Below, piece by piece: positions 10,989-21,809 of a DNA stretch of 64,000 bases (positions are counted from its first letter, which is position 1; each line of letters opens with the position of its first letter). Both the position numbers and the translations under genes were made by a program. This stretch comes from an uncultured Planctomycetaceae bacterium (lineage in GTDB: Bacteria > Planctomycetota > Planctomycetia > Pirellulales > PALSA-1355): the NCBI GenBank assembly GCA_963785305.1, contig CAWAUV010000001.1, forward strand, positions 1-64,000, in the 5' to 3' direction. Below the pieces are notes generated by a model, which saw only the letters and a program-made list of their open reading frames with translations, had not been told where the DNA came from and searched no databases.

Positions 10989-13900
10989 ATGGGCGAACTA
11001 AGCGCGAGCCGTGAACCGCCGGGCGGCGCCGCCGCACACGAGACGGGTCTGTCACCCGACTCTCGCGCTGCCGCGCCGCGAGCGACCGATGATTCGCCCC
11101 CGGCTTGCGACAAGGTCGGTTCGCGCCCCTCCCCATTGGACACAAGCCCTGCCGGCTTGGGCGAGGCCGCCTTGGTCAGCGGACCATCGGGCGAGAAACC
11201 ATCGGGCAATGGTTTCTCGGCGAACGACGCCTCAGGCAACGGTACTTCAGGCAACGGTACTTCAGGCAACGGTACTTCAGGCAACGGTACTTCAGGCAAG
11301 GGGGCCTCAGGCAAGGGGGCCTCAGGCAATTGGCCGCCGGCTGGCAAAGCTGCCAGCGAGCCGACCAAGAAGCCCTCGACCACGCTCGAGGGAACCTCGA
11401 CCCAAATCACCGCCGCGGCGGCCGTGCAGCCCCAGACATCGCAGCAAGACACCACGGCGCGGCTCGACCCCCTGCTCGATCCGCGCCGCATGGACGAAGA
11501 GGTCACGATCATCTCGACTCGCGGCCCGCTCGACGAATCGGGCGCGGGCCGCGGACTCGCTCCGCTCGAAGTGGGGCGGCGGCTCGAGGGCGAACGCCTG
11601 GGCCAGTTCGTGCTCAAACAATTCGTCGGCGGCGGCGGCATGGGCGCCGTGTTTCGAGCGCTCGACACGACGCTGAATCGCGAAGTAGCCGTCAAGGTGT
11701 TGTCGCGGTTTCAGTCCGACGAAGAAGAGACCTTGCGGCGCTTTCGCAATGAGGCTCAAAGCGCCGCCCGGCTCGATCACGGCAATATCGCCCGGGTGTA
11801 CTATGTCGGCTTCGACCGCGGATTGCACTATATCGTCTTCGAGTTCATCGAAGGCGAGAACATGCGTGATCTGGTCGATCGTCGCGGACCGTTGCCAGTG
11901 GTCGAGGCGGTAAGCTACACGCTGCAAATCGCCGAAGCGCTCACCCACGCTAGTCAGCGCGATGTGATCCACCGCGACATCAAACCCTCGAATGTGCTCG
12001 TCACGCCCGAGGGCAAGGCCAAGTTGGTGGACATGGGTCTCGCGCGGCTGCATGTCGATCAGCCGGACCAAGATATCACGGCCAGCGGGGTGACGCTCGG
12101 CACCTTCGACTACATCTCGCCCGAACAGGCTCGTGACCCGCAGAGCGCCGATGTTCGAAGCGATCTTTATTCGCTTGGCTGCTCGCTGTTTTTCATGCTC
12201 ACGCGGCGTCCGCCGTTTCCACACGGCACGGTGCTCCAGAAGCTGCTGCAACATCAGGGCGACGAGCCGCCCGACGCTCGGCTGCTGCGTCCCGATTTGC
12301 CCAGTGACCTGCACCGGATTCTCACTCGGCTCTTGGCCAAGAATCCCGACGATCGTTTTCAGACTCCGGCCGATCTGATTCAGGAATTGATCGGCGTGGG
12401 GCGATCCTTGGGTTGGCAAGCGCCAGCAGTGTGAACGTGGATTGGACCCTTCCGGCCGAGCGGCCGATCGCTTGGTGGGAAAAACATTTGCCGTGGTTCG
12501 TGCCGCTGGTGGCGCTGCTGGTGATCGTGGCCGGCTTGGAGTATTTTTGGTCGAGCGCCAACGCGCGAACCCGGGCCGGCGCCATGGCCGACGAGCCGCG
12601 GCGAAGCGTGGCCCCCCCCGCGACCGCGATTGAAAAACGGGCGAGCGAGGCGCCTGGACTCGGCGACCGCGCCGCGCCGCAAGTGGCCTCTGCTCCCGCG
12701 ACGGAGCCCCATGCCGCCGGGGGAGCGACCACGGCAACGCCGACGCGAAGTCCCGCGGGCGACTCGCCCGGAGCGCCACGCGATCAACAAGCGGCAGCCC
12801 CGGGTAAGTCGCCTGCCGCGGCGGCCGTGCTAAAGTCCGCCGTTCGCGAGGAGAGCCGGCTGGCGGCGCCCGGCGACCCGACGAGCGCGAAACGCGAAAC
12901 GGCCATCGCCGACGATCGAACCAGCAGCGCCAGCGCCGGCCGCGCGAGCGAGGGAACTTCGGCGGTATCGCGCGCCGCGGCAGCGCCCGGTCTCGATCGC
13001 GCGACGACCAGCCCCGGCGAGACCGCGCAGTCGCCGATGCCGATGCCCGGCGCTCCGCCGGGCGCGACCAGCGACGAACCGGCGCCCGAACCGGCGCCGC
13101 GCGCGGGGTTGCTCATCGTGGGCCAAGGCGACGGTCGCGCGCCGAGTTTCGACACATTAACGGCCGCGCTCGCCGTCGCCAAAAGCGGCGATGTGATCGA
13201 GCTGCGCTACAATGGCGTGCGCGAAGAAAGCCCGATTCGGCTCAGCAATCTCAAGCTCACGATCCGCGCCGGCGAGCGTTATTCGCCCGCGGTGCGATTT
13301 CGCGCCGATTCGGGGGTTCGCTCGTCGCGCGATCGCGCCCTGATTACGCTCTTTGGCGGGCAACTCACCGTGATCCATGTCGACTGGGAAGTCGATGCTT
13401 CGGCCATGCTCGTGGGCGCGCCTTTTGCTTTTTGCGCCGTGCAACGCGCCGAACTTGTGCGATTCGAACGTTCGTCGCTCACGCTGCGTGATGCGGCCCG
13501 CGGCGAGGGATTCGAAGCCACGGGCGGCGCGTTCTTCCGCATCGAAGCGCCGTCGGGCGCCGAAACTTCGGCCAACGAATCGCAGATCGATGGACGCATC
13601 GTGGAGTTGCAACTTCAGAATTGCATCGCGCGCGGCGAAGGCACGTTTCTCAACGTCGTCGATGGCGAAGGCGTGCGCATGGGCTGGCACAACGGTTTTC
13701 TGGCCACGGGTCGGAGGATGCTCGCGATCAACGCGCCGCCCCAGCCGCGACAGAATGGGTCCGGTCGAGATCGATGTGCAGCATCTCACCGCGGTCACGC
13801 GGGGTGGATTCGCGTTGCTCGACGCCAGCGACCGCGCGGGCGATGTCGGATCGGTCGTGCATGTGGCGGTCGCCGATAGCATCGTGGCGCTGCCGGCCAT

Positions 13901-14354
13901 GGCCTCGGCCCCCCTGGTGGAGCAACGGTTCGTCGATCGCGCGGCCGAGTCGCGCAGCCGGCTCCAATGGTCGGGTGATCGCAACTTTTATCAAGGCTTC
14001 GACATCTTCTGGAAGGTCGAATCGCTGGGCGCCGAAGCGCCGCTCGAACTTTCGCACTCCGATTGGGAAGCGATCGGCGGACGATCACGCGAATATCTTT
14101 GCCGTTCGGGCGGAGTGCGTTGGCAAGCGATTTCCGCGCCGACCGGCCCATTCGACGCGCTCACGCCGGCCGACTATGCGCTGCTGCCCGATGCGCGCAT
14201 GAACCCGGCGATCGAATCGGCGAGCGATGGCCGCGATGTCGGCTTCTTGGCCGATAGCTTGCCGGCGATCTCGGCGGCGCCGGCTCAAGCCAAACCCGAG
14301 CGAGGCAATCCCTCGATCGAGTCCGCTTCCGGCGGGAGCGCACCGGCGCCGTGA
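10989..14354 (+). CDS. Membrane Hanks-type Ser/Thr kinase with C-terminal extracytoplasmic beta-helix-like domain; frameshifts near 12425 and 13755
   Basis: GGGGMG, VAVK, HRDIKPSN, DMGLAR, GTFDYISPEQ, DLYSLG. Continues in ORF 12413..13879 (TM segment WFVPLVALLVIVAGL, Pro/Ala linker, TLTAALAVAKSGDVIELRYNG) and ORF 13377..14354. Confidence 0.88.
11232..11330 (+). repeat. In-frame 15-bp tandem repeat encoding (SGNGT)4(SGKGA)2SGN
   Basis: TCAGGCAACGGTACT four times, TCAGGCAAGGGGGCC twice, then TCAGGCAAT. Confidence 0.95.
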
Positions 14355-14707
14355 GCGCAGCGCCCTTCGAGCGGTTTCCTGGGAAATCGATCGCCGCTTT
14401 GGTTCGCGCGCCATGGCGGGAAAGCACCGACCCCGAGGGTCGGCGATCGTTTATCTCGCGGAGATCGGCGGTTTTTCAGATTGCCGGCGCCCTGGGCCCA
14501 GCTTTCTCAAGTTCTTGACACACGCCGCCTTAGGGGCTCTACTACCGCCGCCGCCGAAGTTCGCGAGATGGTCGTGGTAGCATCGCCCCCTGGGGCGAAC
14601 TAGAATTGGAACGCGCTCCCGGTCAGATTCGTCCGATGGGGGCCGACGATCGATTGTGTTCCCGAGCGGTATGGCATTTCGCACGTAGACCTTTGGGAGA
14701 GACCTCA

Positions 14708-15076
14708 ATGAAGAAGTTGTTTGGGTTGGCGGCCGCGACTGTCGTGGCGGCGGTAATGGTTCTCGGCCAGAGCCGAGTGTCCGAGGCGCGTCCTCCGTAT
14801 TGGGCGGAGTTCGAGGCCAAGTATGTGAAGACGGCCCCCGATTCGAAGTTCGCCACCGATGCAACGGCGGCCAAATGCAATGTCTGCCATGTGGGCAAGG
14901 AAAAGAAGGACCGCAATTCCTATGGGCAAGCGCTCTCGAAGCTGCTGACCAAGGCCGACGCCAAGAATAAGGAAAAGATCAACGCCGCGCTCGACACCGT
15001 GGCCGGCGAGCCCTCGACTCCTGGCGGACCGACCTTCGGCGAATTGATCAAGGAAGGCAAGCTGCCGGGCAAATGA
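14708..15076 (+). CDS. Small secreted monoheme c-type cytochrome
   Basis: GGAGA ribosome-binding site, signal peptide MKKLFGLAAATVVAAVMV..SEA, a single CNVCH (CxxCH), Lys-rich, 122 aa. Confidence 0.8.
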   Translation: MKKLFGLAAATVVAAVMVLGQSRVSEARPPYWAEFEAKYVKTAPDSKFATDATAAKCNVCHVGKEKKDRNSYGQALSKLLTKADAKNKEKINAALDTVAGEPSTPGGPTFGELIKEGKLPGK

Positions 15077-15111
15077 TCGCTCGGGCCAGCGATTGCCAAG
15101 GCACGAATGAA

Positions 15112-15161
15112 CGAACGGACCACGCATTTTCGCTTCGCGCGAAACGTGGTCCGTTTCTTTT
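15112..15161 (+). terminator. Probable intrinsic terminator
   Basis: Stem AACGGACCACG...CGTGGTCCGTT followed by TCTTTT, between convergent genes. Confidence 0.6.
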
Positions 15162-15218
15162 GAGCCGAGGCGTTGCGCCCGGCGCTCCTCCAGCCCGCGC
15201 CGATTTTTCAGGGAATGC

Positions 15219-17216
15219 TCAGTCGTTTTCCCCTAAATGCCAAGGCACGCTAATGACCAGCGTCTTGCGATCGTCGGACTGTTCGAGCGCCTTGCGCAGG
15301 CGGTGCGCGTGGCCTGAGTGCAGCACCCATTGCCACCAACGAGGCTGAATCAAGGTCGGGATCATGACGGCGATCGGGCGATCGGGAAACTGTTTTTCGA
15401 CTTTCTTGATCGCTTTCAAAATCGGCTCGACGAACGTGCGGTAGGGCGTCGAGACCACCATCAGCCTTGGCGCCGTGAGACCGGCTGCCTGGGCCGGCGC
15501 CTCGACATCGTGAGCCCATTGTCGTCGGATCGGATCGTGCTCATCGTCGCCGCCCAGGTTCGTCAGAATGCACGGCGACCACGTCGGGCGAGATTCGCAT
15601 CGCCAGACGCACCGATTTCGCGGCCGGCTTGTCCCATGCGCTGAGAGTAACGATTACCACCGGCGGCGGTTGCGAATCGAACCTCAATGCGCCGGCGACC
15701 CCCACTTGCCGCTCTTGCTCGCGATAACATGCGCGGACGAAGCGAAACACGCCGATCAGCGCCGGAATCACCACGATCGTGACCCATGCGCCCTCGACGA
15801 ATTTGGCGACCAGAATGATCGCCAGCGCGATCGCGGTTGCAACGGCGCCCGTCGCGTTGACGATCATGCGCATCGTGATCATGAACTTCGAGCCCGGCCG
15901 CTGGCCCGAGTCGTCATGGCCCTCGACATGCGCATGCGCGGGTTTCGCCGATTCCTTCCTTGTGTCTTTCGCCGGTTGCTCCTTCTTTTTTTCCCCGGCG
16001 TTTCGGCGCGGCGCCAGTGGGCGACCATGCCGGCCTGCGAGAGCGTAAACGCCGTGAATGCCCCCACGGCATAGAGCGGGATCAACCGGTCGGTCACGCC
16101 CCGAAATAACACAAGCAGTCCGGCCGCCGCCGAAGCCAAACAAAAAATCCCCACCGAAAACACAAGCCGCCGATTGAGATCGGCAAATGATCGCGGTAGA
16201 AAATCATCTTGGGCCACCAGTCGACACAGCCGCGGAAAATCGATGAAGCTCGTGTTTGCCGAGAGACACAAGACACATAACACGCTGGCCAATGTGCCGT
16301 AGTAGATCACCCCGCGGCCCGCGACCGCGGCGATCAGTTGCGACAAGATGCTTTGATAGCCGGGCTTATCTTGGTCCATCGCGCCCAACTCATAGGCGTG
16401 GGCCAGATACGCGATGCCGCCCAGCAACACGGCCAGCGAGAGCACGATCAGCGTAAGCGTGCGGCGGGCGGTTTGCACCGTGGGCTCGCGAAATGCGCTC
16501 ACGCCATTGCTGACCGCCTCGACGCCGGTCATCGCCGTGCAACCGCTGGCGAACGCCCGCAACAGCAGCCACAGGCCCACGGCTTCGGTTCCAGCGGCGA
16601 TCGGGGGCGGTTTGTCGATCGGCGTGGGATGCCCGCCCGAGGCGATGGCCCGGCACAACCCGACGGCGATCACTCCGCCGAGCGAAGCGAGAAACAGATA
16701 GGTCGGCAGGGCGAAGGCCAAGCCCGCTTCCTTGGTTCCCCGCAGGTTGATCACGGTAATGAGGGCCAAGATCGCGAGGCACAGCGGCAAGGTGAATTTC
16801 TGCGCTTCCGGCACGGCCGACACCAGCGCCGCCACTCCGGCCGAGATTCCCACGGCGACCGTGAGCACATAGTCGAGCATGAGCGCCGCCGCCGCCAAAA
16901 GGCCCGCGCCGGGGCCCAGATTTTCGCTCGCCACGGTATACGATCCCCCGTTGACCGGATACGCGGCGATCGTTTGTCGATACGAGAAATACAAGATCGT
17001 CAAAAGGCCCACGATCGCGAGCGTGATCGGCCCGATATAGCCGAGCCCCGCGGCGCCGAGCGGTAGCAACATGGTGAGGGCGGCTTCGGGCCCGTAGGCG
17101 GAGGACGAGAGTCCGTCGAGCCCGAAGGCGGGAAACCCGGCGACGACGCCGACCTTGCGTTCGCCTTGTTCATAATTGGCCAGGCGGCGGCCCAAGACAA
17201 AGTCGATCCAACCCAT
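15219..17216 (-). CDS. APC-superfamily transporter, KimA/YdaO-like K+ importer; at least two frameshifts
   Basis: DGLSSSAYGPE, SYRQTIAAYPVNGGSY, AFASGCTAMTGVEAVSNG, LIPLYAVGAF, KFVEGAW, and the cytoplasmic tail STPYR..PI..WWQWVLH. ORFs 15879..17216, 15541..16143 and 15219..15461. Confidence 0.87.
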
Positions 17217-17365
17217 CCAACACGTTTCCTAGCCGGGGGGGAATTCCCGCAAACAGACGTCCATGCGTCGGAACCACACAATGAACAAGCGACTGAAACA
17301 GCCACGGCCGTCCCTGCAAAAAACGGGCCGCGGTGAGAGTATAGGTCGCCGGCGTTTGCCCGGTG

Positions 17366-17397
17366 CTCACCCCCCCTCTCCCATACGGGGAAAGGGC
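17366..17397 (+). repeat. REP-like palindrome (CCCTCTCCC..GGGAGAGGG type), copy 1
   Basis: CTCACCCCCCCTCTCCCATACGGGGAAAGGGC, immediately downstream of ruvB. Confidence 0.55.
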
Positions 17398-17405
17398 GAG
17401 TTGTC

Positions 17406-18428
17406 TTAGAACAGCCGGCGCTGGTTGTCGTCCCAGTCCGGGGGCGGTTCGAAGCCGAGATGGGTATAAGCGGCCGCGGTGGCCCGTCGGCCGCGCGGAG
17501 TGCGCACCACCAAGCCGGTGCGAAGCAGATAGGGCTCGACTTCATCGACCAGCGTGTCGGGGGCCAGATTCATGGTGTGCGCCACCGCCTCGACCCCGAC
17601 CGGCCCGCCGTGGAAGATGCGCATGATGGTTTCGAGATACTTGCGATCTTGGCCATCGAGCCCGCGAATGTCGATGCCTTGCATGTCGAGCGCCGTGCGC
17701 GCCAGCTCGAGCGTGATGCGGCCATCGGCCTTGCTCGTGACATAATCATGCACCCAGCGGAGCCGATTGTTCGCCAATCGCGGGGTTCCACGGCTGCGGG
17801 CGGCGATTTCATCGGCGGCCTCGGCCTCGGCCGGCACATTGAGCTTGGCGGCGTTGCGGCGCACGATCTCGGAGAGCTCGGCGATGGTATAAAAGTCCAA
17901 GTGCTCGCGCATTTGAAATCGATCGCGCAGCGGCGCCGAGAGCAGCCCGGCGCGGGTCGTGGCGCCAATCAGCGTGAAGGGGCGGAGGGCCATGTTGATC
18001 GTGCGCGCATTCACGCCTTCGCCCAGCGCGATGTCGATGCGAAAGTCCTCCATCGCGGGATAGAGGAACTCCTCGACCGCCTTGGGCAGCCGGTGAATTT
18101 CGTCGATGAACAGCACCGAACCGGTTTCGGCGTTGGTCAAATAGGGAATCAGGTCCTTGGGCGCCGTGAGCGCCGCCCCGCTGGCAATTTGCATCGACAC
18201 GCCCAAATCGCGCGGAATGCAGGTGGCGAAGGTCGTCTTGCCGAGCCCCGGCGGACCATCGAAGAGAATATGCCCCAGCGGGTCGCCGCGCTTGCGCGAC
18301 GCGTCGACCGCGATCTGCAACCGAGCGTAGACCTCGCGCTGCCCAACCATGTCGTGCATGCGCTGCGGACGCAGGTCGCGGTCGCTATCGCCTGGCTCGG
18401 GTGTTTGACTTAAAACCGGCTCGCGCAT
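17406..18428 (-). CDS. ruvB: Holliday junction branch migration helicase RuvB
   Basis: LRPQ, GPPGLGKTT, LFIDEIHRL, LYPAMED, GATTRAGLLSAPLRDRF, RGTPR, EPYL..RTPRGR. Intact, 340 aa. Confidence 0.97.
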   Translation of the reverse strand: MREPVLSQTPEPGDSDRDLRPQRMHDMVGQREVYARLQIAVDASRKRGDPLGHILFDGPPGLGKTTFATCIPRDLGVSMQIASGAALTAPKDLIPYLTNAETGSVLFIDEIHRLPKAVEEFLYPAMEDFRIDIALGEGVNARTINMALRPFTLIGATTRAGLLSAPLRDRFQMREHLDFYTIAELSEIVRRNAAKLNVPAEAEAADEIAARSRGTPRLANNRLRWVHDYVTSKADGRITLELARTALDMQGIDIRGLDGQDRKYLETIMRIFHGGPVGVEAVAHTMNLAPDTLVDEVEPYLLRTGLVVRTPRGRRATAAAYTHLGFEPPPDWDDNQRRLF

Positions 18429-18667
18429 GCGACCTGCATTCCTCGATGCGCAAGACAGCCAGACTCCGGGCAGCTTGCGCCGCTACCTGAACAACCGTTG
18501 ACTTCGCGGCGCAGGCAGTATAACGGATGCCGGCGCCGCGATAGAAGGGCAGCTCGCCGGGCGCCAGGCGCCGCGGGGCAGGGAGCGACCCTCGCTTTGC
18601 GCGGGGAAGGTGATCTGTTAAACAATAGGAGCCTGAGCGTCGTCATGGACAGCGGCGTGGTTTTGAC

Positions 18668-18704
18668 CTCCCTCGCCCCCTTGGGAGAGGGCAAGGGTCG
18701 GGGT
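18668..18704 (-). repeat. REP-like palindrome, copy 2
   Basis: The minus strand reads ACCCCGACCCTTGCCCTCTCCCAAGGGGGCGAGGGAG. Confidence 0.6.
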
Positions 18705-18928
18705 AGGCTCGCGGGCGAACAAAACAGGAAGTCGTGTCTAGGCTGTCGCTAACCCAACGCCAGCTTGATTCCGCGGCAAACCTCCCAGAAACCTCGGCCG
18801 CGCCCCGCGGCTCCTCGGTCCGCCGCTTAAATACAAACCGCATGGGCCACCCTTCCGCCCGCTAGATTGCATGCAATTCACCGGCGCGGCCTTCGGTCCC
18901 TTTTCCATTGCCTCTGGATTGGCGAATC

Positions 18929-20944
18929 ATGGCCGATGGCCTCAACCCCGCCCAGCGAGAAGCGGTCGAAACACTGGCCGGTCCCCTGCTGGTGTTGGCC
19001 GGCGCGGGGGCGGGAAAAACCCGCGTGGTCACGCATCGCATCGCCAGGCTCATTCGCCACGGCGTCGCGCCGAGCCGCATTCTCGCGGTGACCTTCACCA
19101 AAAAAGCCGCCGGTGAAATGAGCGAACGCGCCGGCGCGCTGATCGGCAAACGGGCCAAGGAGAAGCCCGAAATCTCGACATTCCATTCGCTGTGTGTCCG
19201 AATTCTCCGCCGCAACGCCACCAAACTCGGCTACCCGCAAGCATTCGCCATCTACGATCGCGGGGATCAGGAGAGCCTAGCGCGGGCCGCGCTGCGCGAG
19301 ATTCGCGTCGGCGACGAGATCATGAAGCCCTCGGACCTCGTGAATAAAATCGGCTTCTGGAAGACTCGCGGGGTGCGACCACCGGAGGCGACCGGCGGAG
19401 CCAGTTCCGACAAGGACTTGCTCGCCGCCGCGGCGTATTCCCGCTATCAAAAAGCACTGCGCCGGCCGGAGCGATGGATTTCGACGATCTGCTACTCGTG
19501 ACCGAAGACCTGTTCGCGCAGTTTCCCGAGCTGCGCCGCGCCGAGGCCGGCCGCTTCAGCCATTTGCTCATCGACGAATATCAGGACACCAACGCCACGC
19601 AGTACCGCATCGTGCGAGCCCTGGCGATCGGGCATCGCAATCTCTGCGTCGTGGGCGACGACGACCAATCGATCTATGGCTGGCGCGGCGCCGAGGTGCG
19701 GCATATCTTGAGATTCAAGAACGACTGGCCCGACGCCAAGATCGTGCGGCTCGAGGACAACTATCGCTCGACCGACGCGATTCTCACCGTGGCCAATCGC
19801 CTGATCGCGTGTAACACGCAGCGCCACGACAAGGTGCTCCGCGCGGCCCGGCCCGGCGGCGAGAAGCCGAAAATACTTCAGTTTCAAGACGAAGAGATCG
19901 AAGCCCGTAGTGTCGTGGCCGACATTCAATCACTCATTGCCAGCGACAAGCTCGAGCCTGCGCGATTTCGCGATTCTGTTTCGCACCAACGAGCAGCCCC
20001 GGGCCTTCGAAGCCGAGCTCCGCCGGGCCAAGGTGCCATATGTGTTGGTCGGCGGGCAATCATTTTACGATCGCAAGGAAGTCCGCGATGTTCTCGCGTA
20101 TTTGAAACTGCTCGCCATGCCGCACGACGAGGTCTCGCTCCGCCGGGTAATCAATCGTCCGCCGCGCGGGCTGGGCGATGGGGCCGTGAATCAGTTGCTC
20201 GCCGCCGCCGTGAGCGCCGGCGAGTCGCTTTGGACCACGCTCGGCAAGGCGGCCGACATGCCCGGCATTTCACGTCCCGCGCGGGCCGGCGTCGACTCGC
20301 TTCGCAAGCTCTTGCATCGCGCGGGCGAGCGGCTCAAGACCGAACCGCTGAGCCAAGTGGCCCGTGAACTGGCCCACGAAGTCGATTATCAAAAAGAGAT
20401 CGAGCGACTCTACAAAGAGCCGGCCGACCAGCTTGCGCGGTGGTCCGCCGTGGAAGAAACGATCAATGCGATCGCCGGCTACGAACGCCGCGTCAAGGAA
20501 CCGACGCTCGTGGGATTTCTCGACGATATCACGGTGGGCGATCATGGCTCGGACCGCGAGAAAGAAACGCAACTCGCTCGCAACGCGGTGGCCCTCATGA
20601 CGCTGCACAGCGCCAAGGGCCTCGAATTTCCACATGTCTACATGGTGGGCATGGAAGATGGGTTTCTGCCGCATCATCGCGCCGTGGCGGCCGAGGGCAC
20701 GGCGGTGGAAGAAGAGCGGCGGCTTTGCTATGTGGGCGTGACTCGAGCCCAAGAACGGCTCACGCTCAGCCTAGCGCTCACGCGCATGAAATGGGGCAAG
20801 GCACGCCCCACGCACCCGAGCCGCTTTCTCTTCGAGATCGCCGGCCAAGCCGCCCGCCCTCCGGCGCCGCCAAGCGGCAAGACAAGCCGCCCGCCGCGGG
20901 GCCCTTCCAAAGATCCGCGCCGCGGCAAACCGACGCGCCCCTGA
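18929..20944 (+). CDS. UvrD/Rep/PcrA superfamily 1 helicase; frameshifts near 19460 and 19960
   Basis: LNPAQ, AGAGAGKT, VTFTKKAA, DEYQD, VGDDDQSIYGWRGA, NYRS, MTLHSAKGLEF, EERRLCYVGVTRA across three ORFs. Confidence 0.93.
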
Positions 20945-20998
20945 ACCAGGGCGCGGCGGAGCGAACCGGGGCGAGGCGATCACGCGACGATTGAAAAA

Positions 20999-21072
20999 TA
21001 GGGCCGCTCGGACTCGAACCGAGAACCAACAGATTATGAGTCTGCTGCTCTAACCGATTGAGCTACGGCCCC
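20999..21072 (-). tRNA. tRNA with CAT anticodon, most likely tRNA-Ile2 (lysidine type)
   Basis: GGGGCCGTAGCTCAATCGGTTAGAGCAGCAGACTCATAATCTGTTGGTTCTCGGTTCGAGTCCGAGCGGCCCTA folds as a cloverleaf. The anticodon arm GACTCATAATC resembles ileX-type tRNAs. G1-U72 pair, discriminator A, CCA not encoded. Confidence 0.92.
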
Positions 21073-21305
21073 GAGATTCGTTGTCCGGGGACTTTCTCGG
21101 AAAGTTGGCGCCCCCTCCGCTCGTCTCGACCTGCTTTCGCGGCCACCCTCGGCCGCGCCCTTTCCGCGAGAAGCCCCGCAGGCCAAGAATACCTGATCGC
21201 CAGCCAACCGGCCAGTGACGCCGCGCGCCGATTTTCCAATGGGCCGCCGCGCCCGCAACTCGGAATCTTCCGAGCGCATCGCCAGGAACGATTGTTCCCT
21301 TGAAT

Positions 21306-21716
21306 TTAGCCGCATGCTTTCGGACAAGTCGGCCGACGATGCACGCGCGTCAATCGACGGCGCTTTCGTCTGCGCCATGCGCGCGCCATCAGCAACGTCA
21401 GCACGGCGTGGCCCGCCGCGGCGGGCCACAAGAGCGGGCCCACCCACTCACCGCGGATGCCGATATACAAAAAGTAAAGCGTGACGAGATTATTGTAGGT
21501 CGCCATCCCGAGGAATGGCCCCGGCGCCGCCTCTTTACCGGGCCAGCAAGCCAATCCTAGCGACAAGAGGCCAATCCCGGCAACGCGGCCCACGGCGACG
21601 GCGCCGCCGGAAAGTTCCGCGCCAAGCAACAGCCGCGCCACGAGCGATGGCACGACGATCAGCGCGATTCCCGTCGCGATCTCGACAATCGCGGCGAAGG
21701 CAAGCAGCTTATTCAT
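21306..21716 (-). CDS. Small membrane protein of unknown function (about 4 TM)
   Basis: Hydrophobic ORF MNKLLAFAAIVEIATG...GRVAGIGLLSLGLACWP...LLWPAAAGH. The basic C-terminal tail may result from a frameshift. Confidence 0.7.
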   Translation of the reverse strand: MNKLLAFAAIVEIATGIALIVVPSLVARLLLGAELSGGAVAVGRVAGIGLLSLGLACWPGKEAAPGPFLGMATYNNLVTLYFLYIGIRGEWVGPLLWPAAAGHAVLTLLMARAWRRRKRRRLTRVHRRPTCPKACG

Positions 21717-21809
21717 GGCGCGGTCGAAAATGCGGTTCACGAAGTCGCATCCCTGCTTTCGAGAATGATTCGCGTGGCGGCTCGGCCTGTTGAATATGTC
21801 AATAGGTTG

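Noticed and set aside
11232..11330. Tandem repeats here and at 44332-44417 as possible CRISPR arrays
   Set aside because: The 15-bp units are head-to-tail with no spacers, lie in frame within genes, and there are no cas genes.
17217..17405. c-di-AMP (ydaO) riboswitch upstream of the KimA-like gene
   Set aside because: No recognisable conserved riboswitch elements by eye and the leader is short. An Rfam covariance search would be needed to exclude it fully.
18929..20944. Programmed ribosomal frameshifting in the split genes
   Set aside because: There are too many unrelated genes affected and no consistent slippery-site pattern. Sequencing indels are the simpler explanation.
20999..21072. Initiator tRNA-fMet
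   Set aside because: It lacks the C1:A72 mismatch and the three consecutive G-C pairs in the anticodon stem. Ile2 fits best, though elongator Met is not fully excluded.
20945..21305. tRNA as the integration site of a genomic island
   Set aside because: No integrase, no duplicated tRNA 3' end was noticed, and the helicase gene abuts the tRNA 3' side.
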